Virus record (IMG/VR): IMGVR_UViG_3300002835_000122
Location: 12,349-76,348 of that record
Length of the DNA stretch: 64,000 nt
DNA from: a virus
Lineage: Duplodnaviria > Caudoviricetes
Direction: 5' to 3' (one strand)
Shown: positions 39,976 to 50,431 of the stretch, in pieces
Numbering within the stretch: position 1 is the stretch's first letter
Layout: each line of letters starts with the position of its first letter
Notes under the pieces: model-generated
The model's database searches: none
What the model was told of the DNA's origin: nothing
Seen by the model: the letters and a program-made list of their open reading frames with translations, nothing else
Program-made: the position numbers and the translations under genes

Positions 39976-41214
39976 TTATAGACTAATGGCCACTCTGACT
40001 TCGATCTCTTTGAGTTCGAAGGCAGGTGTTAAAATAAGGTCTACAACCGCCTTGTTTTCGTTCGGGATATAAGAGACTGTGAAGTCACTACCGAGCAAGG
40101 CTCCTACTATTTGCATACCTCTCAAGCCAGAAGTAATTGCTGTTTCCATCGAATTTCTTGTTTGAATATTTGATGGCTCACCAACGAATCTCTGGCAGGC
40201 TTGTCTAACAACTGAGGTAGCATCATTTATGATTCTCTTAGTTGATAGTCTAGTGTAATCCGACGTAGACCATCCAAATGTTAGTCCATCTCCGAATACT
40301 GGGATCTTGTTAAAGTTAATAACAACAGTGTTAATACCCTTAGCCGATAAAGCTGTTTGCTGTGTTCTCGTAGGCGAGTATCTTACTGATTCAACATTAT
40401 AAACAGCCTTGTTAACGATTGAGCTGTATGAAGGCAATATGCTCATTGTAGCAGCGAGGTGTGCTGCGCCGTTTGCATAGCCAAAGTCAGTTGTTCCAGA
40501 AACGTAATTAACTGGCTTGATTTCTGCAGCAACGACGACTACATACGGTCCAGTCTCCTTCAACAGGTCGCTGGCGTCTCTGTCGGGAAGATTGGTAAGA
40601 GCCAAATGCGTGTTTGTGTTTCCTGGAGTCATCGTTTCCGAAGCTCCATCGTAAGACTTGACACCCATAACTGCTATGCAAGGATTAATATTTTCCGAAA
40701 TATCTTTAACTTTTACCGAAACCTTATATGCCCAGTTATAGTCTACAGTAGCAGAGTTATCTGCGTAGAAGGCACGGGTTGTGTCACTGGGTGAATCCGG
40801 CGTTGCTGCCCATTCACTAGGGCGACCACCACGACCCCACGGAACAATAATGTCGGGGATGCATGATTCTGCTGCAATAAATATATCATTAAAAATGTCT
40901 ACTCCGTTATTGGTAACGGCACCGGTAGATGGGACAAATACGGTATCCTTTGGCAACGGAACGATATAAATTCTTCCCGCTCCACCAATAATAAGCTCAA
41001 GAAACGCTCTGTGTGCATCTGAGCCATTACCAAAAGCCGTGATAACGTCTGCTTCGTTGGAGGCCCGGACAACATCAAGATCTGATATTCCACCAGTTCC
41101 ACTAGCTGTACTCCGCTTTGCTATTGCAACAATTCTAGGACCAGCTGGCGTGTCCTGACGTGAGACGCTATAAAAGCGATCTCTGATTAAAGTTCTTACT
41201 CCAGGTATAGCCAT
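39976..41214 (-). CDS. Tail sheath protein (major, compact 412 aa)
   Basis: MAIPGVRTLIRD N-terminus; C-terminal LSAKGIN...RLSTKRII...FVGEP...LTPAFELKEIEV sheath signature; SD GGAGG. Confidence 0.9.
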   Translation of the reverse strand: MAIPGVRTLIRDRFYSVSRQDTPAGPRIVAIAKRSTASGTGGISDLDVVRASNEADVITAFGNGSDAHRAFLELIIGGAGRIYIVPLPKDTVFVPSTGAVTNNGVDIFNDIFIAAESCIPDIIVPWGRGGRPSEWAATPDSPSDTTRAFYADNSATVDYNWAYKVSVKVKDISENINPCIAVMGVKSYDGASETMTPGNTNTHLALTNLPDRDASDLLKETGPYVVVVAAEIKPVNYVSGTTDFGYANGAAHLAATMSILPSYSSIVNKAVYNVESVRYSPTRTQQTALSAKGINTVVINFNKIPVFGDGLTFGWSTSDYTRLSTKRIINDATSVVRQACQRFVGEPSNIQTRNSMETAITSGLRGMQIVGALLGSDFTVSYIPNENKAVVDLILTPAFELKEIEVRVAISL

Positions 41215-41261
41215 TTTATTTTTTATCCTCCAAATTTCAAAACTCTATTTGAATCTTTCTT

Positions 41262-41269
41262 TATAGTAA
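41262..41269 (-). promoter_or_regulatory. Putative late promoter element TTACTAT upstream of sheath
   Basis: Same heptamer recurs in intergenic gaps at ~49214-49221 and ~52885-52891. Confidence 0.45.
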
Positions 41270-41328
41270 CACATAACTTATAAAAACAACTACAAACTTA
41301 ATTTTGGGGATAATTAATATATACCATT

Positions 41329-42192
41329 TTACTCATTGGGTGTTGCACCTTGGAATAGATCTATGACATTGCCTTCTGTTCCAGTATAGTTTGGTGTCGC
41401 TAGTTGATTTTTAAGCAGATCTTTTTCATAGGCCATCCATGTTCTTGCGTCAACGACAATTTTTTCAATTCTATTATTAGCTATTGCAAACGTTTTTTCA
41501 GTAGTTAACATATATGTGACGGTTCTTTTATGTATATCCTTGCCGTCTCTGTTTATCTCTGAGTCTGATAATCTTCTAGAATATACTAATTCAGATGCGC
41601 CTGCGGCTTTAAAAATTGAAGTATATTCCAACATAAAATCTTCAAAAGCTTCCATGACCTGATCACATAGGACCGCTGCATCGAGATCATCTCTGGTTGT
41701 CGTGCTATTTGGCCCTTGGAAAGTTCCAACTTTACTCATTACTGTAAAACCTACAACGTTTTGAAATTTTTGACCATAGATTGTTACCGAATTAGAAAGT
41801 ACATTTTGACGCATTCTTGGCTTTGGCTCTGTGGTGTGGGATTTTCTTAGTTCTAAATGATAACCAATTATTGCTGGAAAGTCATCTAGTCCAACACTCG
41901 TAGAGGACGGGGCTGATGAAAGATCTCTTGTGGAGTTTTCAATGCCTCCAGAGTCACTATACGTGACAGATGATTCTCTGTTTATACTCAATGGCAGTAT
42001 CGGTATTGTTGGGTAGCTTTCTTCCCACATTTTTTTAACTAAACTAACAAACTCTAGGTAAGTTAGATTGCCAGTATATACTTCTTCAACTCCATCGCTA
42101 TCTAACCTGCGATAGCCAGGAGCCTGTAGAGCCGGTAAACCGTATCTTGCGTTTTCGGAAAAGTGAGGAAAATCTCTATTTAAATAGCTCAT
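41329..42192 (-). CDS. Putative tail completion/terminator protein
   Basis: Between sheath paralogs; EPKPRMRQ...YGQKFQNVVGFTV...FEDFMLEYT pattern; synteny. Confidence 0.55.
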   Translation of the reverse strand: MSYLNRDFPHFSENARYGLPALQAPGYRRLDSDGVEEVYTGNLTYLEFVSLVKKMWEESYPTIPILPLSINRESSVTYSDSGGIENSTRDLSSAPSSTSVGLDDFPAIIGYHLELRKSHTTEPKPRMRQNVLSNSVTIYGQKFQNVVGFTVMSKVGTFQGPNSTTTRDDLDAAVLCDQVMEAFEDFMLEYTSIFKAAGASELVYSRRLSDSEINRDGKDIHKRTVTYMLTTEKTFAIANNRIEKIVVDARTWMAYEKDLLKNQLATPNYTGTEGNVIDLFQGATPNE

Positions 42193-42193
42193 A

Positions 42194-43825
42194 TTACGCT
42201 CCTGGTCCAGCTGCTAGTGAAAAATCTATTCTTTTTAGCCCAAAGGCTGAAAGTAATTCGACCTCAAAAATGAAAACACCTCTTTGTGTCTCTGATACTT
42301 GGACATTAAATGCGAAGTCATTTATTATTGAATTTCTTTTAAGTAGTTGTAAGAATTCTCTAGTTTCAGAAACTATTTGATCAAAAGCCATAATATCAAA
42401 ATGTGATAATGCTATTCCTTTTATTTCACTAACAACTAGAGAGACTAATCTCATTTGCGCTAGTTTCGTAAAGGTTGAATACTGATTAGCCATCGTGTAT
42501 TCGTTAGTCAAGTACACTTCAAAAGGTACTGCTCTTCTCGTTTTCTTGCCACGATATAATGTATTAATTCCAATATTTTCTAATCTCTGGTATTCTGCCT
42601 GAGTAAGATCGTTACCAAATAAAGACATGGCGCCTGGAACTCGACTTCTAATCAAAGCCTTATTGAGCGGAGAATCTGATACCATTCCAGCTACCGCCGC
42701 TGCAGCGCCAGAGACATAGCTTAGCTTTATCTGAGGATGCTGGAAAACCATTTCTCCATAGACTGGCACTATGTATCTGCCTTTATCTGAGGATATTTGA
42801 CCTGTAGCCTGATTGTATACGGTAAATTTATCAGTAAATATAGGATTCTGCTCAAGTATATCTATGTCTGATGACTTTATTCCATTAGTTTTAGATCCTA
42901 TAATTCCTATCTGTACGTTTCCTGTATTATTGTGGAAATCTGAACAATAATTTGCTAGCTGCGTAACGAAGTCTACTGAACCCGTTTCGATAATAGATGT
43001 TTCCAGTGGGACTATTATATCTACAAAATCTAAATCTATTATATCTTCATAGGTTTGTTCAAGTCTTTCATAATATTTTTCATAAAAAGTTTGAGAACTA
43101 GGAGTTGCTTGATCTCGATTGAATGCTGTAGTAGATATGAATCTTCCCTCATAACTTTGAACATATTCTATCATTGGCGCAGATGCGCATATCATTATGT
43201 CTCTTGCCCCGCAGGAGTATGCGTCTAAAACTCCTCGCAAAAGTGGACTGTCAAGATCTGCTTGGAGCAAATCTACTGCTTGCTGTATGGAGTTAATTTT
43301 TACTGGATAGTTTAATTGCACACCATCAGCGTGCCCTATTAGTAGAATCGTGCTCGTATTATTTCTATTTAATTGCTGATATGTCGGCTTATAGTTTATA
43401 ACGCTAGACTTAGGGGAGGTTATAGTTGCCGGAGATAATGTATTGGTAGATTGTTTTACCTGAAAAACTGAGCCTATATTAATGTCTCTTGCTGAACTGT
43501 TAGTTCTCGCTAAAACTGTGTAGTTATATTCATATAGGTTTTGAGGAACAGTATAATGGAATGTATATTCTCCATTGGAGATTTTTTCGATTCTATTGCC
43601 GGTAGCTTCTGGATCTTGATCTAAATAAAGATATGGACCATCAATTATTGGCCCCGCTCCGTTGTCGCCTCTAACAACATATACACTTATGTCTACTGGG
43701 GTAGCCAAACTCGTTGGATCATAAATTGTTCCATCAAAATCTGTAAACACAAATTTAAATTGGGCTGTCTGCCCCTTGGATAAAACTAACATTTTTACTT
43801 CTCTCTTGTGGCTCCGACAGTCCAA
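42194..43825 (-). CDS. Second sheath-like protein with N-terminal Ig-like extension
   Basis: C-terminal LENIGINTL...KLAQMRLVSLVV...LLSAFGLKRIDF resembles the sheath C-terminus; true start probably at MLVLSKG (~43792). Confidence 0.7.
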   Translation of the reverse strand: MDCRSHKREVKMLVLSKGQTAQFKFVFTDFDGTIYDPTSLATPVDISVYVVRGDNGAGPIIDGPYLYLDQDPEATGNRIEKISNGEYTFHYTVPQNLYEYNYTVLARTNSSARDINIGSVFQVKQSTNTLSPATITSPKSSVINYKPTYQQLNRNNTSTILLIGHADGVQLNYPVKINSIQQAVDLLQADLDSPLLRGVLDAYSCGARDIMICASAPMIEYVQSYEGRFISTTAFNRDQATPSSQTFYEKYYERLEQTYEDIIDLDFVDIIVPLETSIIETGSVDFVTQLANYCSDFHNNTGNVQIGIIGSKTNGIKSSDIDILEQNPIFTDKFTVYNQATGQISSDKGRYIVPVYGEMVFQHPQIKLSYVSGAAAAVAGMVSDSPLNKALIRSRVPGAMSLFGNDLTQAEYQRLENIGINTLYRGKKTRRAVPFEVYLTNEYTMANQYSTFTKLAQMRLVSLVVSEIKGIALSHFDIMAFDQIVSETREFLQLLKRNSIINDFAFNVQVSETQRGVFIFEVELLSAFGLKRIDFSLAAGPGA

Positions 43826-44202
43826 TAGTTTATTTTGCCGAACCTACCTCTAACTGCAGTGACCGCAGCTATGCTGAACATCGTATAATTTTTACTTGAT
43901 TTTAAAGAATAATTTTCATATATTCTATCCCCTTCTTTAGGGAAGATATTTTCTTCAAAATAGTATACTGCGTCGTAGTTGGTTAAAATTCCTTGTTGAG
44001 TTTCAGTAGAAGAATTTGCATTGGTGATACCAGACTGACCAACCTGACGTGTTGTTACTCTTTCAAATTGATCAAAGTGATTACCGTTAGGAAGAATTCT
44101 TTGTATATATACATCATGTCCCCATTGCCTAAGTATACGATTAAAGGATTTCTTTGCATCAATCATAACTTCTGAAGCCTCTCTTCGGCATCGGGTCATC
44201 AT
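43795..44202 (-). CDS. Putative head closure/neck protein
   Basis: FNRILRQWGHDVYIQR...VYYFEENIFPKEGDRIYE; synteny after adaptor; true start probably MIDAKK (~44166). Confidence 0.6.
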   Translation of the reverse strand: MMTRCRREASEVMIDAKKSFNRILRQWGHDVYIQRILPNGNHFDQFERVTTRQVGQSGITNANSSTETQQGILTNYDAVYYFEENIFPKEGDRIYENYSLKSSKNYTMFSIAAVTAVRGRFGKINYWTVGATREK

Positions 44203-45043
44203 TTATATTAGTTGTTCCATTTGGATCGTATAATTCTCTGCCAGACGGATATACAATTTTATCAGTTAATTTGCTGTCATACATAGACAGGCCTGGTAGA
44301 TTTTTGGGCTGGAATCCTCTTGGGCCAACTTTTGCTGCTAGCATTTCTTTTCTTAGTGCAGCAGCTATCTGACACCATGTCGTAGCATTGTCTCTGGTTA
44401 CTCTATTCCTTGGTATGGATTTATTGGTAATGCTTAAATCGCCAAGTGTTAAAGACATTTCGTCGTCACCACCTAATCCATAGGTTCTCGAGAGCTCACA
44501 GGCTGTTGCAGCCTTTATGTATTCAAGAACTGTAAATGACAGATTCGATCCATCTTCTGCGTCTAAAAGATTATAAATAGCCTTTACTTCTGTTGAATAA
44601 TTATAAATTATTTCACCTATTTCAAGAAGCGAGGCGTCTGGGAAGTAAGCCAGAAGAGACTCAGGGTCCAGATATAAAGGAGTAACATCTGGCGCAAAAG
44701 TTATGCTCTCGTCACTTTTTAATATAATGGTAGGCTGATATTCTTCTACCGTAGAGCTAACATATAGTTTTTGCTCTACTACTACAGTATTAGAGTTAGC
44801 TAATATGCCAGTAAATTTAACAGTATATGCGCCAGCTATAGTGGGAGTGTAATCATAATAAAAAACTGAACTAGATATCTGACTAGAGGTTCCTGAGTTT
44901 ACAGTTGTATTAGAAGAGTTTTTTATTATTACTTGTGGATTTGACGCAGGGGATAGTGCTATTTCATTTCCATCTGCATCAATGTCTTTAAACTTTACAG
45001 TTATTCTTACCGTATCACTGACTACAACTCTATCTGTTGACAT
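44159..45043 (-). CDS. Putative head-tail adaptor with N-terminal Ig-like domain
   Basis: Beta-rich N-half; helical C-half with YIKAATAC...SLTLGDLSI connector-like motif. Confidence 0.55.
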   Translation of the reverse strand: MSTDRVVVSDTVRITVKFKDIDADGNEIALSPASNPQVIIKNSSNTTVNSGTSSQISSSVFYYDYTPTIAGAYTVKFTGILANSNTVVVEQKLYVSSTVEEYQPTIILKSDESITFAPDVTPLYLDPESLLAYFPDASLLEIGEIIYNYSTEVKAIYNLLDAEDGSNLSFTVLEYIKAATACELSRTYGLGGDDEMSLTLGDLSITNKSIPRNRVTRDNATTWCQIAAALRKEMLAAKVGPRGFQPKNLPGLSMYDSKLTDKIVYPSGRELYDPNGTTNINDDPMPKRGFRSYD

Positions 45044-45058
45044 CTTTTACCTCTTAGT

Positions 45059-45511
45059 TTAAGCGTTAGACATAATAGTAACGTTAATTGTTCCAGCTGA
45101 GTTATCTTCCAGAGTGATACTTTGTGCGTTAGAGACAGCGTATGCTTCATTCTTATTTATCGACACTGCTATATATCCGGAGCTATATATTTCTTCACTA
45201 TTCAAAGTTGAAATAGCGTAGGCTTCAGCGTTTATCTTAGTTATCTCTGAGGATCCGTAACCATCAAACATTGCAAAAGTCATATAGGATGACGTCTCAG
45301 TGTTTTCTATTACTCCGCTTGGAGTAATAACGGAATGACTATTAACAAAAACTAATGTGCTGTCTACGGATGGTGGCGATATAACAATAACGCCTAATAT
45401 GTTTAAGCCACCAAAATTAGTAGTTAATCCAAAAGACTGAGGAGAAACTACATATACACCACTGTAATTGAAATGATCTTGATTATAGGTTATATCCCCA
45501 TTGTAGAGCAT
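45059..45511 (-). CDS. Hypothetical structural protein (150 aa)
   Basis: Coding-strand ORF filling the gap; beta-rich. Confidence 0.55.
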   Translation of the reverse strand: MLYNGDITYNQDHFNYSGVYVVSPQSFGLTTNFGGLNILGVIVISPPSVDSTLVFVNSHSVITPSGVIENTETSSYMTFAMFDGYGSSEITKINAEAYAISTLNSEEIYSSGYIAVSINKNEAYAVSNAQSITLEDNSAGTINVTIMSNA

Positions 45512-45524
45512 CTAAATCCTTTTA

Positions 45525-47648
45525 TCAGAATGTTCCACAATCGAATGTTATACCATCTATGGAACCGCCGGTAATTGAAACGTTATTAGAAGCTTGCGTA
45601 GCAATTGATCCCAAACCTAAGGTTGTTCTTCCGCCTGCTGCATCTACATCGTCGACTAATGATCTACCGAATGAAGAAAAATCTGCAAGGGCTGCAGTGC
45701 CAGAACCCGAGAAGTAGGGAAGCTTATCTGCTGCTGATGTTAAACCAGCAATGGCTGCAAGTTCTGCATCATAAGCTTGAACATTCGTACCAATTACAAG
45801 TCCGAGAGTGGTCCGAGATGCGGCAGCGTCAGCGTCAGCAATGATTGCTCGGCCATGTGCTGAAAAGTCAGTTACTGCCGCAGTGCCAGAACCAGTAAAA
45901 TAAGGCAGCTTATTAGCAGCTGACGTTAGGCCAGCAATTGCAGCAAGGTCGGCGTCATAGGCTTGTACATCAGTGCCAATAGCTAGGCCAAGAGCAGTTC
46001 TAGCTGCTCCAGCATCTGTGGCTCCAGTTCCACCATTAGCTATTGCTATGGTTGTGCCATTCCAAGTGCCAGTTGCAATTATTCCAACTGAAGTAAGGCT
46101 TGAGGCAGTGACTCCTGAGCCAAGAGTTGAACCAGAAAGTACAGAAGTTCCTGCAATTAACAATGACTTGCCCGTCAGAAGATTAAGATTTTCTGAAGAA
46201 GTCCATGCATCAGTTGCGTCAACCCAGTTAAAAGTCTTGTCTGTATCACCCTTGAGAGTGATGCCACCACCATCAGCACCTGCGTCTGTCGGAGAGGCGC
46301 TTGAGCCAAGTTCAAGATTCTTATCGTCAACAGTTACAGTAGTTGAATTGATTGTAGTGGTTGTGCCGTTAACTGTTAGATCGCCTGAAAGGACAAGGGA
46401 GGTGCCAGTGGCAGCACCAATGTTTGGAGTTACAAGTGTTGGCGTATTAGCAAATACTAGAGCACCAGTACCAGTTTCGTCAGATATAATTCCAGCAAGT
46501 TCTGATGATGAAGTCGCTGCAAAGGCTGAAAGCTTATCTGCAGTAAGTGCTACAGTACCAGTTGCATCTGGAAGCGTGATTGTGCGGTCTGCGGTTGGAT
46601 CTGTAACAGCAAGAGTTGTTTCGTGGGCATCAGCTGTTGCACCTTCGAAGACCATGCTTCCACCATTAAGTGTAAGTCCTGCAAATGTTACACTTGCAGA
46701 GGTTGCTACATCTTGACCAATAGACAATGAGTGAGTTGTCCCCTCACCTGTTGTTGCTGCAGAAGAGGTAACACCAGTTCCACCAGTTATTGTTGCTACA
46801 TAACTTCCTGAAGTATTAGTTCCAAGCGCAATTTCTATAGTTGTCGAACTTGCTGCAGTTAAACGACCCTGAGCGTCAACCGTGAAGCTACCGACTGATG
46901 CAGCACCGCCGTATGAGCCAGCTGTTACTGTAGTGTTGTCAAGATCTAAAGTAAGTGTGTCAGTTGCAGAGGCCACCGATGTTAGGCCTATGCCACCAAC
47001 TATAGTGAAGGTATCCCCACCAGCAATTGTTAAATTGTCACCGTTGTCTGCATCTACTGTAAATGAAGTAGAAATAGAAGCTGTCCCTGCTGCAGACAAA
47101 CGGCCTTGAGCGTCAACTGTGAAAGTTGGGATTGCACTAGCTGAACCATATGAACCAGCAGTAACTGTTGTATTGTCAAGATGTAGGGTTATGGTATTTG
47201 TAGATGATGCTATTGATGAAAGCCCAGTTCCACCAGATATAGTTACGGTTTCTGCGTCATCGATTGTTTGTGAAGATCCCGAATCACCTGCTAAAGTAAA
47301 GTTGTATGTAGATGCAACTACAGCGCTATCTACATATGCTGTTGTTGCTACGGATGTTGAGTTGTTTCCTGCTGTTTGTGTCGTTGCAGTTGCAGAACCG
47401 CCAAGAGCTAATGTACCAGAAAATGTTTTATTTCCTGTAATAGTTTGAGTGCCGGACAAGCCTACATAGGCACCAGGGCCAGCAATGGCTTGAACTGTCG
47501 TTGCAGTTCCTCCTGCTCCACCTGTTCCTTTACCGTAATAAAGAACGTCATCAGCTTCGTTGTATGCTAGTTCTGCGTTTTCTAAACTTGAGGGTGCGCC
47601 GGCTGCACCACCAGATGCTCTTCTTTTGATTCTGATCGTATTAGCCAT
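45525..47648 (-). CDS. Fibre protein (head/neck fibre), 707 aa, with internal repeats
   Basis: [10 protein letters not shown]...[15 protein letters not shown]-terminus, T/A/G/S-rich, C-terminal FDCGTF; two pairs of repeats. Confidence 0.8.
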   Translation of the reverse strand: MANTIRIKRRASGGAAGAPSSLENAELAYNEADDVLYYGKGTGGAGGTATTVQAIAGPGAYVGLSGTQTITGNKTFSGTLALGGSATATTQTAGNNSTSVATTAYVDSAVVASTYNFTLAGDSGSSQTIDDAETVTISGGTGLSSIASSTNTITLHLDNTTVTAGSYGSASAIPTFTVDAQGRLSAAGTASISTSFTVDADNGDNLTIAGGDTFTIVGGIGLTSVASATDTLTLDLDNTTVTAGSYGGAASVGSFTVDAQGRLTAASSTTIEIALGTNTSGSYVATITGGTGVTSSAATTGEGTTHSLSIGQDVATSASVTFAGLTLNGGSMVFEGATADAHETTLAVTDPTADRTITLPDATGTVALTADKLSAFAATSSSELAGIISDETGTGALVFANTPTLVTPNIGAATGTSLVLSGDLTVNGTTTTINSTTVTVDDKNLELGSSASPTDAGADGGGITLKGDTDKTFNWVDATDAWTSSENLNLLTGKSLLIAGTSVLSGSTLGSGVTASSLTSVGIIATGTWNGTTIAIANGGTGATDAGAARTALGLAIGTDVQAYDADLAAIAGLTSAANKLPYFTGSGTAAVTDFSAHGRAIIADADAAASRTTLGLVIGTNVQAYDAELAAIAGLTSAADKLPYFSGSGTAALADFSSFGRSLVDDVDAAGGRTTLGLGSIATQASNNVSITGGSIDGITFDCGTF
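45610..46010 (-). repeat. Tandem ~62-aa repeat pair in the fibre gene
   Basis: [42 protein letters not shown] / [42 protein letters not shown]; boundaries approximate. Confidence 0.85.
46840..47310 (-). repeat. Tandem ~79-aa repeat pair in the fibre gene
   Basis: Both units contain [12 protein letters not shown]...FTVDAQGRL; boundaries approximate. Confidence 0.85.
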
Positions 47649-47650
47649 GA

Positions 47651-47989
47651 TTAAAAATTTCCTCCATCGGTAAGGTTTTCTTCAGGGTGATTAACCCAAA
47701 CTGAACCATTGTAACGCAAAACGTTACCTGTGCTCACTGTTGTAATAGTAACGTCAGTCAATCCATTTAAAACTGATTGAGTAGTAATTGCGGTTTCTGC
47801 AGATATTATTCTATCTTTGACTGTTAAATGACTGCCCGCTGGATTTAATCCTATAACTGTTTGTATGGCTTCAATGGCATCGTTTGCATTAGCGTGTTGT
47901 TGATGGTGAGGTACTGTCGCTGAATTGAGTGGGTCAGACGATGTAGGATTAATCAATATGTCTAATGCTGCGGGATACTGGGTGGCCAT
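47651..47989 (-). CDS. Small fibre-associated structural protein (112 aa)
   Basis: [16 protein letters not shown] and LNGLTDV...[13 protein letters not shown]...DGGNF fibre-type motifs. Confidence 0.65.
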   Translation of the reverse strand: MATQYPAALDILINPTSSDPLNSATVPHHQQHANANDAIEAIQTVIGLNPAGSHLTVKDRIISAETAITTQSVLNGLTDVTITTVSTGNVLRYNGSVWVNHPEENLTDGGNF

Positions 47990-47998
47990 AAAAATCCT

Positions 47999-48409
47999 TT
48001 ATAAACTAAATATTTTGTATTGATCATTACTCCAACTAATTGTTACCGAGATAGGATCAGTAGTAGCTGACACTGGAAGTCCAGTGGCTGTATCTATATA
48101 GGCTAGAAGCCTTGATGTGGCTCGAACGCCAGTATCTTTATATAATACTAAGTACGCAAAACCACTATTTCCATAATTCTCTATTGTTATGTTATCTGCG
48201 TCAAAAACCCCAGAAGTTGTTGCTTTTCCGGTCAATAAAGTAGTTGTTGCTGCGACCGAAGCTTCGCTAATGCTTGATAAAAATTCATGCGTACTTAGAT
48301 TTACTGTATAGGTATTTTTTACTAGTGCAACTTTAATATTATTATCAGTCAAGTCAAATAGGCCCTCTAGTAGACCCTCTTTACCTTTTGCGTATAATGC
48401 ATTTGCCAT
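47999..48409 (-). CDS. Conserved phage structural protein (136 aa)
   Basis: MANALYAKGKE...DLTDNNIKVALV...GVFDADNI...LLAYID pattern often seen beside fibre genes. Confidence 0.6.
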   Translation of the reverse strand: MANALYAKGKEGLLEGLFDLTDNNIKVALVKNTYTVNLSTHEFLSSISEASVAATTTLLTGKATTSGVFDADNITIENYGNSGFAYLVLYKDTGVRATSRLLAYIDTATGLPVSATTDPISVTISWSNDQYKIFSL

Positions 48410-49182
48410 TATAGTCCTACCTCTGCTGATACAATTACCCTGTATTTATAGCCTGATTCAAAGTAATTTTTTCCATCAACATAGTAAACGGGAGTTGCAT
48501 CATCTGACGGAAAATCAATATATACATCTGGCTTCCATGAGTGCATGGAGACTTCTGATGATACATTTTCCCATCTTGAGGGAGTCTTTTGGATTTTCTT
48601 ACGTTGAGCTTTAAAGTATTTTAATGTCAAAAAGTTTGATGCTGGACGAGAACTGAATGATACTGTGACTCTTCCATTGTTCTCATCATTATTTAAATAA
48701 AAGTCACCATTAGAAGGATTAGTTGATTCTATATAGAAATTAGGATTCTTTGCTAGTATCTGATATCCAGTTTCTATATCAGCTCTTACTGATTTATCCT
48801 CTATCAGCACTTCGTTAAGCACTGTTGCTTGGCTCTCTTGTAGAATTGAAGGAGTTGCCGAATTAGTTTGACTAGTAAAGCTAATTTTTTCCTCAGCAAC
48901 TGTTAGCCCAGATGAGTCAACTAAGTTAGTGACCCTGACTACATAGTCGGTATTGGAACTTAATACTACATCCCAGTATAAAGTTAAAGTTCTACTTATC
49001 TGATTATAATCAGTAATTGTATTTATTGTTCTAAATGGAGAAATTGTCTGAACAGGTGTAGCTGAATCTGTTTGTACAATAAAATTAGCATTTATTAATG
49101 ATGCTATCTTGATTGTTCTGCCAAATTTAATATTTACTGTATTAACAGTAACTGTAGCGCTATCTATCAAATACAAAGCCAC
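48409..49182 (-). CDS. Ig-like (Big-type) domain structural protein, probable head accessory
   Basis: TVNIKFGR...LTLYW...LSSNTDYVVRVTNLVD...ISFT and IESTNPSNG...VTVSFS; directly after MCP; 3 Ala-Thr-Pro motifs. Confidence 0.6.
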   Translation of the reverse strand: MALYLIDSATVTVNTVNIKFGRTIKIASLINANFIVQTDSATPVQTISPFRTINTITDYNQISRTLTLYWDVVLSSNTDYVVRVTNLVDSSGLTVAEEKISFTSQTNSATPSILQESQATVLNEVLIEDKSVRADIETGYQILAKNPNFYIESTNPSNGDFYLNNDENNGRVTVSFSSRPASNFLTLKYFKAQRKKIQKTPSRWENVSSEVSMHSWKPDVYIDFPSDDATPVYYVDGKNYFESGYKYRVIVSAEVGL

Positions 49183-49213
49183 TCAACACACTCCATAATT
49201 ATAATCCTGAACT

Positions 49214-49221
49214 AATAGTAA
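49214..49221 (-). promoter_or_regulatory. Putative late promoter element TTACTAT downstream of the MCP terminator
   Basis: Recurrent intergenic heptamer, positioned to restart transcription after the terminator. Confidence 0.45.
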
Positions 49222-49234
49222 TAAATTAATTCAA

Positions 49235-49272
49235 TAAAAAGCAAAGGGGCAGTAGATTTCTCTACCGCCCCC
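49235..49272 (-). terminator. Rho-independent terminator after MCP
   Basis: Minus-strand RNA GGGGCGGUAGA-GAAA-UCUACUGCCCC-UUUGCUUUUU; a second hairpin (ttagggt...accctaa) lies at ~49276-49308. Confidence 0.9.
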
Positions 49273-49316
49273 AGCTTTAGGGTAATTTGTAACTATAACG
49301 ACCCTAAGGTTTTTTA

Positions 49317-50381
49317 TCAGCTTAAGGCTACGTCGTTTGTAACTTGAACTTCGTAGTTACGGCTGAGTCTGACGTTCTTAGCAACTGTAATACCCTCACC
49401 GTCGCCCAGCATTACGATGTCGTAACGCTCCTTCATCTTGAGTGCACGAAGATCGCGACTCGGATCGTCGAACTGATCAGTGCTCATATCGTCCTTGACG
49501 AGAAGAGTACCGACTTCATTACGGTCGATGAGGAAAAGGTCTGACTTAGCTGCTGTTGCGCCACTCTTAGCTGTGAAGCTAACGAAAGGCGAAACAAGAA
49601 CATTCAAGCCCATTGGAGCTGTCGCGTTCAGTGCACCTTCCGGTGACTGAGGACGATATCCCCAACTTGTACCTACAGAAGATGCTGATCCACCAGCGTG
49701 GAAGATGGAATCCTTAAGGAATACCGACCACATCAATGGGTGCAGAATGAAATCTGTTGGGATATGATTTTCAGCCATAAGGATAGCGGCCATGTCCACA
49801 ATGTCATCCCAGGTAATTGTCAAGTTGGCTGCGCCATCAATATTTCTACCTGTTGTGTCATCATAACTACCACTATCGTTATCGAATGCAATTGTAGCTG
49901 CATCCTTGAAACGGCTAAGAGCAATCTGCTCTTTCAAACGAGCCATAGCACGGCCGGCTGCGCGAACATGTAAACCAACAATGTCCCAAAGTGAATCAGC
50001 GATGACTTCCTCTGTAAAGGATAGCTTAACGCCCTTCTTTGAAACTTTGCCTTCTACCTGCTTTGCGAAAGCGAGTGCTTGCTCTGGATACTCTTGTCCT
50101 TCTGGGATCTCTGCTGCTTGAATAGCGTTGACTGCGGGGAACTCCAAAGAGCGTCCCTTACCGAGACGAACAGTGGAAAGCAATGGAGTCACAAGTAGTT
50201 GTGGCTCTGCTGCTTCTTTAAGCGTACGCGAAAGAACTTTGGGGAAAAGTGCTGCTGCGTCTGGTGACGCAAAAGCTTCCTTAATTGTTACTCTGTTGTC
50301 TGCATCTATGTACCCGTCCTCAGTCAATACTGCTTCCCAAGCTGGGAGACCCGAGAGGAGCTCTTGGATTGTCTTACTCAT
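49317..50381 (-). CDS. Major capsid protein (HK97 fold)
   Basis: EAFASPDAAALFPKVL...EAAEP...AAEIPEGQEYPE...KKGVKLSFTEEVIADS...KMKERY; strong SD AGGAGG; followed by terminator. Confidence 0.92.
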   Translation of the reverse strand: MSKTIQELLSGLPAWEAVLTEDGYIDADNRVTIKEAFASPDAAALFPKVLSRTLKEAAEPQLLVTPLLSTVRLGKGRSLEFPAVNAIQAAEIPEGQEYPEQALAFAKQVEGKVSKKGVKLSFTEEVIADSLWDIVGLHVRAAGRAMARLKEQIALSRFKDAATIAFDNDSGSYDDTTGRNIDGAANLTITWDDIVDMAAILMAENHIPTDFILHPLMWSVFLKDSIFHAGGSASSVGTSWGYRPQSPEGALNATAPMGLNVLVSPFVSFTAKSGATAAKSDLFLIDRNEVGTLLVKDDMSTDQFDDPSRDLRALKMKERYDIVMLGDGEGITVAKNVRLSRNYEVQVTNDVALS

Positions 50382-50431
50382 CGTAGGATTATTCCTCCTG
50401 TGTTAATGTTTCTTTTGTATTAATATTAATA

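Noticed and set aside
8216-43825. Extracellular contractile injection system or tailocin
   Set aside because: Portal, protease, MCP and terminase are present, so this is a complete phage morphogenesis region.
45610-47310. Repeats as possible DGR template/variable repeat or CRISPR
   Set aside because: They are in-frame protein repeats with general divergence rather than adenine-specific changes; no reverse transcriptase, spacers or cas genes in the window.
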